Assembly (NCBI GenBank): GCA_015064845.1 | Contig: SVRL01000004.1 | Span: forward strand, 14,398 to 78,397 | Reading direction: 5' to 3' | Source: Oscillospiraceae bacterium | Lineage (GTDB): Bacteria; Bacillota; Clostridia; Oscillospirales; CAG-272 | DNA: 64,000 bases | Shown: piece after piece, positions 24,366 to 33,912 of the stretch | Layout of the letters: each line of letters opens with the position of its first letter | Position numbering within the stretch: position 1 is the stretch's first letter | Notes under the pieces: generated by a model | The model's input: the letters and a program-made list of their open reading frames with translations, nothing else | Told to the model about the DNA's origin: nothing | Database searches by the model: none | Made by a program: the position numbers and the translations under genes

Positions 24366-24974
24366 TTATTTTACATGCTCGGAAAGAATCGCAAGGATGT
24401 CATTTTTTCCCATACCCGTTTGTGCGGAAAACATAATCACAGGAATTTTTTTATCGGTGTAAGGGGGATTCAGTAACGGATGGTCGGCAAGCGCCGCATA
24501 ATTTGCGTTTCTTGTCGTAGTATTCAATTTATCCGCCTTCGTTGCCACAACAACGTACGGAACTTTATTGGCGTTAAGCCAATCGATCATCATATAGTCG
24601 TCCTCGGTGGGACCGACTTTCAGATCGATCAACTGGAAAACGGTTTGCATGGTTCCCGCTTCCAGGTAATCGTTGGTCAAACTTGCCCAGATTTTGCGGG
24701 AATCTGCGGAACGGCGCGCATAACCGTATCCGGGGAGGTCAACGAGATAAAGCTTTTTGTCAACCTCATAAAAATTGATGGTAATCGTCTTACCCGGCTG
24801 CGCACTCGTGCGCGCAAAGCTTTTTCTGCCGAGCAAGGTATTGATCAGCGAGCTTTTTCCGACGTTAGAGCGTCCGGAAAGGGCAATTTGCACCTTTCCG
24901 TCCCTCGGAAACTGATCTTTTCGGCCCGCTGTCATTTTCAGAACAACATTTTGAGTATTCAGCATGGTTTTCAA
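24366..24974 (-). CDS. engB: Ribosome biogenesis GTPase YihA/YsxC
   Basis: GRSNVGKSSLINTL, DLPGYGY, ATKADK. It sits immediately downstream of lon, as in many Firmicutes. Confidence 0.92.
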   Translation of the reverse strand: MKTMLNTQNVVLKMTAGRKDQFPRDGKVQIALSGRSNVGKSSLINTLLGRKSFARTSAQPGKTITINFYEVDKKLYLVDLPGYGYARRSADSRKIWASLTNDYLEAGTMQTVFQLIDLKVGPTEDDYMMIDWLNANKVPYVVVATKADKLNTTTRNANYAALADHPLLNPPYTDKKIPVIMFSAQTGMGKNDILAILSEHVK

Positions 24975-24977
24975 TTC

Positions 24978-27326
24978 TCATTCTTTCTCAAAAGGATTTT
25001 TTTCAAGAATCACGGCAAGAACTTCTTCCACTTTGGAAACGGGCAGAATCTTTACGTTTTCCTTGACTTCGTCAGCAAGTTCGGCAATATCCTTTTCATT
25101 ATCCTTCGGAATCAGAATCGTGCGAACGCCTGCAAGGTATGCCGCCATCGTTTTCTCGCGGAGACCGCCGATCGCCATTACCTTACCGTGAAGAGAAATT
25201 TCGCCCGTCATGGCAACGTCGGCTCTTGCGGGAATGCCCGTCAATTCGCTGACAAGCGCACTGACCATGGTAACGCCCGCGGAAGGACCGTCCTTGGGAA
25301 TTGCGCCCTCGGGAGCATGAATATGAATATCTTTTTCTTTATAGAAATCGGGAGCAATCCCAAGCGCCTCTGCTTTGCTTCGGATATAACTGATTGCCGC
25401 CTTGGCAGATTCCTTCATCACATCGCCTAGAGAACCCGTGAGTTCCAGTTTTCCCGTACCGGGAAGTGCCAGTGCTTCAATCTGCAAAAGATCGCCGCCG
25501 AGTTCCGTCCACGCCATACCGTTGACGATACCGATTTCATTCACATCGGAAATTTTTTCTTTAATCAATTTCTGCTCGCCAACGTAGGAAGAAAGGTTTT
25601 TGGAAGTAATACGTACGCTCTTCTTTTCTTCGCAGGAAATCTGTTTTGCGGCACGGCGGCAACATTTTTCAACGCAGCGTTCCAGACTTCTCACTCCCGC
25701 TTCTCTCGTGTAACAGTCAATCAATTCATAAACGGAAGCATCGTCCATTTTGAACGTACGCGCCAAAAGTCCATGCTTTTTCATTTGTTTTGGAATCAGG
25801 TGTCCGCGCGCAATGGCAAATTTTTCGGGACGGGTATAGGCGTGAAGTTCAATGATTTCCATACGGTCAAGCAAGGGACGCTGGATAGTTTCCAGACTGT
25901 TTGCCGTTGTGATAAACATACAGTCGGAAAGGTCGATGGGAAGCTCAACAAAATTATCGCGGAACGTTTTGTTTTGTTCGCGGTCCAGAACTTCCAGCAT
26001 AGCGGAAGCGGGGTCGCCGCGCATATCGTGCGCCATTTTGTCGATTTCATCAAAAAGGATCAAGGGGTTCGAAGCCTTAGCTTCAATCAATGCGTTTACG
26101 ATTCTTCCGGGCATTGCGCCTATGTAAGTTTTTCTGTGGCCTCTGATTTCGGATTCATCGTGTACACCTCCGAGCGATACACGAACGAATTTACGGTTTG
26201 TGGCTCTGGCAATGGAAATGGCGATAGAGGTTTTACCTGTTCCGGGAGGACCGACGAGACAGATGATCTGTCCGCGGAGCGCGGGACTGAGTTTCAGCGC
26301 CGCCAGATATTCAATGATTCTTTCCTTAACCTTTGACAAGCCTTCGTGATCATCGTCCAGAATTTTCTGAACCTCCGCAATATCCAGGCGTTCTTCCGTT
26401 TTTACAAGATACGGAATTTCCAAACAAACTTCGATATAATTGCGGATCACGGTATTTTCCGCAGAGCCGAACGGAATGCGGGAGAGACGTTTGATTTCTT
26501 TGGTCAATGCGATTTTAACGTTTTCGGGATAGTTCCCTTTTTCCAAACGCATGGCGTATTCTTTCAAATCGTCATCGTCGTATTCATCGTCATCGCCGAG
26601 TTCATCGTGGATAACCTTGAGTTGTTCACGCAAATAATAGTCGCGCTGATTCTTTTTCATGCGTTCATCCACTTCTTTTTTGATGTGGACACGCTCTGCC
26701 ATGATCGCTCTTTCCGCTTCCAGAAGATCGATCAGTTTCTTTGCGCGTTCCGAAACAGAAAACTCCTCAAGGATCATCTGTTTATCCCAAGGCTCGGGGA
26801 TCAAGTTGCTTGCCGCAAAATCGCAGGCAGTTCCCAAATCACGAATGGTATCGAAAAGAAGCCAGAATTCTTTGGAAAAAGAAGGTGCGAATTTTGAAAA
26901 ATCGCGGATGATACCCTTGATTTCTCGAAGCAAGGCAAGCATGTGAGACGTTTCTTCCGTTTCCACATCTTCATCTTTTTCATAAATTTCGGCATATGTG
27001 AATTTATCGTCCGTAAAACCTGTCAGAACTGCTCTTGATTGCGGTTCCACGATGACGCGAAAAACACCGCTTTGTGTTTTGACCGTTTGCTTGATTCTTG
27101 CCGTAACACCCACGGAATATACGTCATGAACATCTTGCACTTCCTTCATGGGATCTTTCTGGCAAACGATAAAAACGGGAGAATTTTCTTTGATTGCGTT
27201 TTCAAAAATACGTTTTGCGGGTCCTTTATCCATATCAATCGTCATGGGGATTCCGGGAAACGCAACGAGATTGCGCATAATTGCGCAGGACATTGTTATT
27301 TTTTTGAGGGATTCGGTTGTAACCAT
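24978..27326 (-). CDS. lon: ATP-dependent Lon protease
   Basis: GPPGTGKTS Walker A, KDGPSAGVTM catalytic Ser region, 782 aa. Confidence 0.96.
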   Translation of the reverse strand: MVTTESLKKITMSCAIMRNLVAFPGIPMTIDMDKGPAKRIFENAIKENSPVFIVCQKDPMKEVQDVHDVYSVGVTARIKQTVKTQSGVFRVIVEPQSRAVLTGFTDDKFTYAEIYEKDEDVETEETSHMLALLREIKGIIRDFSKFAPSFSKEFWLLFDTIRDLGTACDFAASNLIPEPWDKQMILEEFSVSERAKKLIDLLEAERAIMAERVHIKKEVDERMKKNQRDYYLREQLKVIHDELGDDDEYDDDDLKEYAMRLEKGNYPENVKIALTKEIKRLSRIPFGSAENTVIRNYIEVCLEIPYLVKTEERLDIAEVQKILDDDHEGLSKVKERIIEYLAALKLSPALRGQIICLVGPPGTGKTSIAISIARATNRKFVRVSLGGVHDESEIRGHRKTYIGAMPGRIVNALIEAKASNPLILFDEIDKMAHDMRGDPASAMLEVLDREQNKTFRDNFVELPIDLSDCMFITTANSLETIQRPLLDRMEIIELHAYTRPEKFAIARGHLIPKQMKKHGLLARTFKMDDASVYELIDCYTREAGVRSLERCVEKCCRRAAKQISCEEKKSVRITSKNLSSYVGEQKLIKEKISDVNEIGIVNGMAWTELGGDLLQIEALALPGTGKLELTGSLGDVMKESAKAAISYIRSKAEALGIAPDFYKEKDIHIHAPEGAIPKDGPSAGVTMVSALVSELTGIPARADVAMTGEISLHGKVMAIGGLREKTMAAYLAGVRTILIPKDNEKDIAELADEVKENVKILPVSKVEEVLAVILEKNPFEKE

Positions 27327-27521
27327 AGTTTTTGCTGTTTTCCTTTCGCTGTTTTTTTATCGGAGCGACCCGATTTCCGTTATATAAGATTGCAGATATT
27401 CTCTGCAATGTATCATCAAATATAAAAGACCTTATTTTAGTATTATATCACAAACTTTTTTTATTTTCCATAGTTTTATAAAAATAAAATACGAGAGATT
27501 CATATTTTTTTATAAAAATTC

Positions 27522-27552
27522 AAAAAATTCTCCGCTCTTGCGGAGAATTTTT
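27522..27552. terminator. Bidirectional terminator downstream of the TauE-like gene
   Basis: AAAAAA, ATTCTCCGC paired with GCGGAGAAT, then TTTT. Confidence 0.7.
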
Positions 27553-27557
27553 GCTCT

Positions 27558-28343
27558 TTACAAGCCTTTTACGGCAAACATTAAAATGCCAAGCGCGGTT
27601 AAGACAACACCTGTAACGCGATTCAAAACGGTAGGAGAAGCCTTGTTGGCAAATTTCGCCGAAATCTGTGCAAAAATATATGTAAAAATCACGCAGAAAA
27701 ACAGCAAGGAAATATCAACGGGAACTTCTGAAAGCGCAAAGTGGGAAGATGCGCCGACAAACGCCGTAAACATCATAATAAAAACACTTGTACCCACTGC
27801 CGTCTTCAGTTCATATCCGAGCACACCTGTCAAAATCAAAAGCATCATCATGCCGCCGCCCGCGCCAACAAAGCCGCAAATAAAACCGATTACCACACCG
27901 CAAAAGATCGACTGAAAAATCTTGACCCAACGTTTTTTTTGCGCATTGACTTCCTTTGTGGTCATAACGGGCTTCACAATAAATTTAATCCCCAGAATCG
28001 TCGTCATAATCAAAGAAAAGGAGCCCATGGTATTCTGAGGAATGTGTGATCCCGCATAACTGCCCATAAATGTAAAAATCAAAACGGTAATCAACATGAT
28101 TTTTCCGTTCTTGATATCCAGATTGTCATTTTTCCAGTATGTATGAGCAGAAACGGCAGAAGCCAAGACGTCGGATGCCAGCGCAATGCCGACAGCCATA
28201 TAAGAATCCGTTCCGAGAAACGTGATCAGCATAGGAGAAATGATAGATGCTGCCGAAAGTCCCGAAAGTCCCGTGCCGATACCAGCGCCCAATCCCGCCA
28301 TCAAACAAACAAGTAATTCCACTAAAAATTCTTGCATAAGCAT
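27558..28343 (-). CDS. TauE/SafE (DUF81) family anion exporter
   Basis: Polytopic and Gly-rich, with internally repeated halves (GLGAGIGTGLSGLSAA / GFVGAGGGMMM). Confidence 0.8.
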   Translation of the reverse strand: MLMQEFLVELLVCLMAGLGAGIGTGLSGLSAASIISPMLITFLGTDSYMAVGIALASDVLASAVSAHTYWKNDNLDIKNGKIMLITVLIFTFMGSYAGSHIPQNTMGSFSLIMTTILGIKFIVKPVMTTKEVNAQKKRWVKIFQSIFCGVVIGFICGFVGAGGGMMMLLILTGVLGYELKTAVGTSVFIMMFTAFVGASSHFALSEVPVDISLLFFCVIFTYIFAQISAKFANKASPTVLNRVTGVVLTALGILMFAVKGL

Positions 28344-28360
28344 TCTCCTCTCCGTTATGT

Positions 28361-28397
28361 AAAAGAACAGACGCTATCGGGTCTGTTCTTTTATTTT
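28361..28397. terminator. Terminator downstream of the FKBP lipoprotein gene
   Basis: AGAACAGAC with GTCTGTTCT, flanked by an A-tract and a T-tract. Confidence 0.65.
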
Positions 28398-28418
28398 ATC
28401 AATCAAATTGTCATTGTT

Positions 28419-29855
28419 TTATCCGGGAATTTCCGGCATACCCGTGATGTATTCCATCAAAGGTTCCGTGATAAACGCAACGAGGAACGACGTGCGCAGC
28501 ACTTCTTCTCCGTACAAAGAAACAATATCCTTCGTCGTATACGTTTCTCCGTAATATTCCGTGTATTCCTCTGCCATCAGTTTCAGATCTCTTTCGTAAT
28601 CCTTTTCCGCATAATCCAAGTCAAGCTCTCTTTGAATGGCAACAGCTATCATATAACTGTATGCCGCCGCCTTGGAACCTTCTTCGATATAAGTCAGATC
28701 GCTGCCGTCCGGATAGAGCAACTCTTTCATTTCTTTTTTGTTATAAGAATACCCGGCTTCCGCATATTCGAGAACTCTTTCCGCAACGTCGCGTTTGACG
28801 TAATTCTTAAAAATCTTTTCAAAATTTTTCAAAAGCTTATCCGGATAGGAGATCAGTTCCGATTGATCTTCCACATAGGTAACCAAAGCGTAAAAAATAT
28901 AACTTTCAACGCGAAGCGCGTACTTCAATTCCCACATATTTTCGTAATCCGTAGCATTGCGAATGATTTCATTATCGTTATAGAGATCCTTGATTTCAAT
29001 GGAAAATACAACTTCCTTGCCTGCAACCGTTGCCACACCGCAGTCTTCGGGATACGTTACGGTAACGTTGAACTTCTCACCCAGAGTATGTCCGAGCAGA
29101 TGGCTTTCAAAATCCTCAACCAAAGAGAACAGCTTGATCAGCCTGCTTTGTCCGATAACGAACGAATAGTTGGAGCCCGCGCCCCCGTCAAATTCTTTTC
29201 CTTCAATCGTTCCTTTGAAATCAATGGTCAGCGTATCGCCTTTTTCCACGGTTTGTTTGGTCGTTTTCGCTGCTTTGAAAAAGTCGCCCAGTCTTTCCGA
29301 AATGTAACTGTCCGGATAAACGGCAGGAAGCGCTTTTTTGACGTTAACCGTAAACTTGACCGTTTTTCCTGCAAGAGCCGCGTCTTCGTAATCTTCATCC
29401 AATTTCATCGTAAAGAAAAATTCTTTTCCGATTTCCACCGTTCTTCCGACCGTGTTTTGCGCGCCCGCTTCGGTAACGGTATACATCAATGCCTCGTCAA
29501 ACAAAGAGAAAGAGGAATTTCTGCAAACGTCATAACCCTTTACCATATCGTTTTCCGTATTATGTGTCCATTTTTCAATGGTTTCCGTTGCCTTGCCTTT
29601 TTCGTCGAGAAGCTCAGCTTTCACGAAAAAGTCAATGGTATAGCCGGTGGAAAGCGCGCAGGATTTCATATCTTCGGAAAGATATTCACGGTAATCTTCA
29701 TATGCTTTGACAAGATTTTCATAAGGGATCTCCGAAATGTCCGCCAGTGTAACGTATTCGGAAATATCTGCATTTTCCATATCAAATTTTCCGCAGCCAG
29801 TAAAGAGAACTGCGCACATTGCCACGGAAAGAAGCAGGCAAAATATTTTTTTCAT
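28419..29855 (-). CDS. Lipoprotein with trigger-factor-like FKBP PPIase and C-terminal chaperone-like domains
   Basis: Lipobox LFTGC at the N-terminus. TIDFKGTIEGKEFDGGAGSNYSFVIGQS...LLGHTLGEKFNVTVTYPEDCGVATVAGKEVVFSIEIKDL resembles the trigger-factor PPIase domain. Confidence 0.7.
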   Translation of the reverse strand: MKKIFCLLLSVAMCAVLFTGCGKFDMENADISEYVTLADISEIPYENLVKAYEDYREYLSEDMKSCALSTGYTIDFFVKAELLDEKGKATETIEKWTHNTENDMVKGYDVCRNSSFSLFDEALMYTVTEAGAQNTVGRTVEIGKEFFFTMKLDEDYEDAALAGKTVKFTVNVKKALPAVYPDSYISERLGDFFKAAKTTKQTVEKGDTLTIDFKGTIEGKEFDGGAGSNYSFVIGQSRLIKLFSLVEDFESHLLGHTLGEKFNVTVTYPEDCGVATVAGKEVVFSIEIKDLYNDNEIIRNATDYENMWELKYALRVESYIFYALVTYVEDQSELISYPDKLLKNFEKIFKNYVKRDVAERVLEYAEAGYSYNKKEMKELLYPDGSDLTYIEEGSKAAAYSYMIAVAIQRELDLDYAEKDYERDLKLMAEEYTEYYGETYTTKDIVSLYGEEVLRTSFLVAFITEPLMEYITGMPEIPG

Positions 29856-30008
29856 GCTTTCAAGGTTCCTTTCTTTTCATACAACATTCCATTTCGATAC
29901 CCACAACTGTTTTCGGGTATCTTTGATTGATATGACCGCAATTTTAAGATAAATTCAACATTCAATTTTGCTTAAAAACAACAGTTGACCGCAAACTTCC
30001 TTAAAAAT

Positions 30009-30830
30009 TCAAACTTTCTGCATTTTTTGGCGTATAAAGGAAAGCGATCGGTTCAATTTATCCAAATCGTGCGTACCGTCGGAAAGCATGACGGGAGATT
30101 CCAGAGTAACCGTTTCTCCGTTGTAGGGCTGCATGGAACCAAATAACGCATGAAAATCGATCTTTCCCTCTCCGGGGTGCAAAATCGGCCGTGTTACCCC
30201 CCACATACCGGGGGCGGTTTGCCCGCAATGGTCGCTGATATGGAGATGACCGATTTTGCTTTTCCAAATCGGACTCTCCGTAAAACGGGCGGTTTCTCCG
30301 ATAAAATCCGCGTGCCTTGTGTCAAATGTAAAGCGAGCGTCCGGATAATGTTCGGCAATTTCCGAAACGGTTTCAAATGGAGAAATTCGGCATGGAACGG
30401 TTTCAACCAAAAGCTCCACACCGCGTTTCGCACAAATTTCATAAAGCGTTTCCAAAAGCGCAACAGCGTTTTTCAAATGCTCGCGGTCAAAACGACCGTC
30501 CCAAAGATGAAAAACCGCTCCCTTCGCGCCGACAGCTTGCGCCATGTCCGCATTTTCCGCAAAAATACGCAAGCCTTCGCACCGGCTTTCCTCATTGCCG
30601 AGACCGAGCAACGCGGTAATATCTTTTTCAAAATGGATCAGCGGCACCGGAATTGCCGCCCGTTCCAAATCTTTTGCAATCTTCGGAAGATTTCCGTAAT
30701 AAGCTTTGAGCATCATCAGTTCAAAGCCGTCTGCGCAAATCTCATTCCGATACTGCAATATTAAACGGTAATCAAAACCGTTGGCTTTGCCAACGATGGT
30801 TCCCGTTGAACATAAAAGCTGATGTTTCAT
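30009..30830 (-). CDS. Xylose-isomerase-like TIM-barrel protein (sugar phosphate isomerase/epimerase or AP-endonuclease-2 superfamily)
   Basis: Pattern of metal-ligand-like residues (VFHLW, LLVETV, FDTRH, HLHISDH, LES). It begins 3 nt after lexA ends. Confidence 0.65.
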   Translation of the reverse strand: MKHQLLCSTGTIVGKANGFDYRLILQYRNEICADGFELMMLKAYYGNLPKIAKDLERAAIPVPLIHFEKDITALLGLGNEESRCEGLRIFAENADMAQAVGAKGAVFHLWDGRFDREHLKNAVALLETLYEICAKRGVELLVETVPCRISPFETVSEIAEHYPDARFTFDTRHADFIGETARFTESPIWKSKIGHLHISDHCGQTAPGMWGVTRPILHPGEGKIDFHALFGSMQPYNGETVTLESPVMLSDGTHDLDKLNRSLSFIRQKMQKV

Positions 30831-30833
30831 CGT

Positions 30834-31439
30834 TTAATAATAACGGATATTCGCAATTACTTTTCCGAGGATATAAACTTCTTTCGTAATAATCGGTTCC
30901 ATCGTGCGGTTTTCCGGTTGTAAGCGGAAAATACCGTTTTCACGGTAAAAGGTTTTTACCGTGGCCTCTTCTCCGATCAAAACAACCGCGATATCACCGT
31001 TATCTACGTAATTGGTGCGGTTTACCACAACGTAATCGCCATCAAGGATTCCCGCTTCAATCATACTTTCCCCCTTGACCTTCAAGGCAAAAAGTTCGCC
31101 CTTGAGCGCACCCTTGGGCGGGCAGAATTCAAGATATCCATCGCAATTTTCCTGCGCGAGAATCGGCAAGCCAGCGGCAACCTGTCCCACAATCGGAATA
31201 TTGGCGGCACGGGCAGCGGCGCGTTCAACATCCACGCGGAGTGTTCTGCTTTTTCCTTGCGCTTTTTGGATATACCCCTTGGCTTCTAATTTATTCAAAT
31301 AGGAATGCACGGTAGCGGTGCTTTTGATTCCGAGCGCTTCCTGAATATCGCGCACGGAGGGAGAATAGCCGTTAGCTTCTGTTGCATCGCAAATATAACG
31401 GTATACTCCATTTTCTTTTTCGGTAAGATTCGGTTTCAT
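30834..31439 (-). CDS. lexA: LexA repressor
   Basis: N-terminal winged HTH (SVRDIQEALGIKSTATVHSYLNKLEAKGYI), VAAG cleavage site, GESM and a downstream Lys (S24 peptidase). Confidence 0.93.
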   Translation of the reverse strand: MKPNLTEKENGVYRYICDATEANGYSPSVRDIQEALGIKSTATVHSYLNKLEAKGYIQKAQGKSRTLRVDVERAAARAANIPIVGQVAAGLPILAQENCDGYLEFCPPKGALKGELFALKVKGESMIEAGILDGDYVVVNRTNYVDNGDIAVVLIGEEATVKTFYRENGIFRLQPENRTMEPIITKEVYILGKVIANIRYY

Positions 31440-31740
31440 AAAAGATCGTTCCTTCCTGTTTTTTGTTAAGACGGCTTTTCTTTTATCTTATCATATTTTT
31501 TTATAAAAATCAAACCCTTATCGGGCATTTTGATAAGATTTTTCATACTTTTTCTTAATTTTATTTAACATGGCAAGAAAAAACAACGGTTTCACACATA
31601 AATAAAACGGAAAAGTGAAATTCCGTAAAAAATCCGCAGTCTGAAAACAGGCGAAAACAAAGCTTTTCCTGCTTTCTTTCCGTCTGTTTTTTCTTTTTAC
31701 AAAAAACTATTGCAATTTGCGGTGTTGTTCTATTATAATA

Positions 31741-32010
31741 TTAAATGGAATGATCGTTGTGCAGGTATTCTCTCAGCATACTGCCAAGCAGATCGTCACG
31801 GTCAATTTTTCTGATGAGACTTCTTGCATTTTTATAGTTGGTAATATACGTGGGGTCCTCCGAAAGAAGATAACCGACAATCTGATTGATGGGGTTATAA
31901 CCTTTTTCAAGAAGCGCAGAATACACCTCCTGTAAAATCATTCTGTTTTGTCTTTCCTTATCACTCGCAAGAGGGAAGGTAACGGTTTGATCGGGTTGGT
32001 ACATGGGCAT
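31741..32010 (-). CDS. ireB: IreB family regulatory phosphoprotein (UPF0297)
   Basis: [47 protein letters not shown]. Confidence 0.88.
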   Translation of the reverse strand: MPMYQPDQTVTFPLASDKERQNRMILQEVYSALLEKGYNPINQIVGYLLSEDPTYITNYKNARSLIRKIDRDDLLGSMLREYLHNDHSI

Positions 32011-32147
32011 AGTTCTGATCCTTTCTTTTTATAAGTTCTTTTCTATTGTATACCTAAAAATTTAATTTTTCAACATTTTTTTATAAAGATACGCAAAAAA
32101 TCTTAAAATTTTTTCAAAAAAAATCCATAAAAAGGAGATTTGTATAA

Positions 32148-32693
32148 ATGGAAATCAAACGCAAAAAAATCACAACGCAAGAAATTTACGCGGAGGAGCA
32201 AAAATTTGCTGAACAAGTTTCGGAAATCTGCAAAAACAAAAATCCCGACTTCAAAGCACTCGGATACGAACTTGATCTGGAATTCGGGCAAAAAGAAAAC
32301 GAAGCCCAGTCTCGTTTCGAAGTTTTTTCCAATGACGAAACGAAAAAATTCGAATCCGGTTATATCAGCCGCGCCATGATTACCGTCAAAAGACAAAAAA
32401 CGGAAGCTGAATTGGCAGAAGATGACCGTTTGATCAAAGAAAATCAAGCGATGATCGAAGCTTGCGAAACCGCAGAAGAAGCCGAACAGCTCGAAAACGA
32501 CGAAGCGCTCCGCAAAAGCGAAGATGACAGTAAACGTTCCGTTGCATTTACCTGCGCCATGCTTGTCCGTGCTTATAAATCCTTCTGGACGGAATGGGTA
32601 TGTCTCGGTGACGACTTGAACCGTTTGGAAGCCGATCTTTCTGAATTTCTCGATATTCTGGAACAAAAACAAACGGAAGATGAAAATTCATAA
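32148..32693 (+). CDS. Hypothetical acidic cytoplasmic protein
   Basis: Clean ORF with RBS AAAGGAGA. No recognised motif. Confidence 0.5.
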   Translation: MEIKRKKITTQEIYAEEQKFAEQVSEICKNKNPDFKALGYELDLEFGQKENEAQSRFEVFSNDETKKFESGYISRAMITVKRQKTEAELAEDDRLIKENQAMIEACETAEEAEQLENDEALRKSEDDSKRSVAFTCAMLVRAYKSFWTEWVCLGDDLNRLEADLSEFLDILEQKQTEDENS

Positions 32694-32767
32694 AATTTAT
32701 ATTGTATCTTGCTTACAATTATGATATAATATTTGATATTTTTGAAAATAAAGGCTTGATTACGATT

Positions 32768-33847
32768 ATGATTAAAAACGATCTTACAAAAACCGAATTA
32801 AAAACTTCAGATTTCGATTACGATCTGCCCGCGGAGTTGATTGCTCAATATCCGACGGAACAGCGCGATGCCGCGCGTCTTTTGGTGTTGGATAAAGAAA
32901 CGGGAGAAATTTCACACCGTATCTTTCACGATATCACGGAATATCTCAAACCCGGCGACGTTCTCGTCATCAACGATTCCAAAGTCATTCCCGCCCGTAT
33001 TTACGGCAAAAAGATCAGAAAAGATCTGACCGAAGGCGCAGACTGCGAATTTCTTCTTCTTCGCCAACGCTCCCTCGACCTCTGGGAAACGATTGTCCGC
33101 CCCGGAAAAAGACTCAAAGAAGGTGCGCGCGTCCGATTCGGAAACGGCTTACTGGAAGCCGTCATCGAAGACGTAACGGAAGAAGGAAACCGTATCGTGC
33201 GTTTTGAATACGATCGGACAGGCGGAAAAAATCTGTACGCCATTCTGGACGAAATCGGCAAAATGCCCCTTCCCCCTTATATCACGCAGGAACTTCGGAA
33301 CAACAGCGATTACCAAACCGTTTACGCAAGAGAAGAAGGCTCCGCTGCCGCTCCCACCGCAGGACTGCATTTCACGGAAGAACTGCTTGAAAAAATCCGC
33401 GCGATGGGAATTGAAATCGCGCCCGTCATGCTTCACGTCGGACTCGGAACCTTCCGTCCCGTGAAAGCTGACCGCATTACCGATCACGTTATGCACAGCG
33501 AATTCTTTACCGTAACCGAAGAAAGCGCTGAAAAAATCAACCGTGCCCGTAAAAACGGCGGCAGAATCATTGCCGTCGGAACGACATCCTGCCGTACACT
33601 CGAAAGTGCCTCCGATGAAAACGGAACGGTTCACGCGATGTGCGATGATACGGGAATTTTCATCTATCCCGGTTACCGATTCAAAGCGGTCGATGCACTG
33701 ATTACCAATTTTCATCTGCCGCAAAGCACCCTCATCATGCTCATTTCCGCATTTTCAAGCAGAGAAATCGTGATGAATGCTTACGAAACCGCCGTAAAAG
33801 AAAAATACCGTTTTTTCTCTTTCGGCGATGCCATGTTCATTCAATAA
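32768..33847 (+). CDS. queA: S-adenosylmethionine:tRNA ribosyltransferase-isomerase
   Basis: [36 protein letters not shown]. The start is taken at MIKND. Confidence 0.93.
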   Translation: MIKNDLTKTELKTSDFDYDLPAELIAQYPTEQRDAARLLVLDKETGEISHRIFHDITEYLKPGDVLVINDSKVIPARIYGKKIRKDLTEGADCEFLLLRQRSLDLWETIVRPGKRLKEGARVRFGNGLLEAVIEDVTEEGNRIVRFEYDRTGGKNLYAILDEIGKMPLPPYITQELRNNSDYQTVYAREEGSAAAPTAGLHFTEELLEKIRAMGIEIAPVMLHVGLGTFRPVKADRITDHVMHSEFFTVTEESAEKINRARKNGGRIIAVGTTSCRTLESASDENGTVHAMCDDTGIFIYPGYRFKAVDALITNFHLPQSTLIMLISAFSSREIVMNAYETAVKEKYRFFSFGDAMFIQ

Positions 33848-33912
33848 GGAAACCTTAAGCTTCGTTTTTTCATTAAAGTCGTTTTCCTCATATATTCAAG
33901 GAGTTTGAAATC

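Noticed and set aside
27380-27400. A 7-bp inverted repeat, TTGCAGA-N5-TCTGCAA, in the lon leader, considered as a heat-shock operator.
   Set aside because: It matches neither CIRCE (TTAGCACTC-N9-GAGTGCTAA) nor CtsR boxes. It is short and could simply be an mRNA hairpin.
29933-29994. A 9-mer direct repeat, TGACCGCAA x2, spaced 53 nt apart upstream of the FKBP lipoprotein gene. It was considered as CtsR-like or another operator.
   Set aside because: It does not fit the CtsR heptad-repeat or CIRCE consensus, and the spacing is unlike known operators. A single repeated 9-mer in 150 nt is only mildly unlikely by chance.
31581-31592. AAAC-AACG-GTTT palindrome, considered as the LexA (SOS) box of lexA.
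   Set aside because: It departs from GAAC-N4-GTTC at the outer conserved positions and lies upstream of the predicted -35 element, about 140 nt from the start codon. It is too weak to call without a genome-wide motif model.
31710-31739. Plus-strand promoter-like sequence TTGCAA-18-TATAAT pointing into the 3' end of ireB, a possible antisense promoter.
   Set aside because: No plus-strand gene lies downstream; the 72-aa ORF at 31717 looks spurious. The -10 lies in a self-complementary AT-rich run (TATTATAATA). A chance match cannot be excluded without transcript data.
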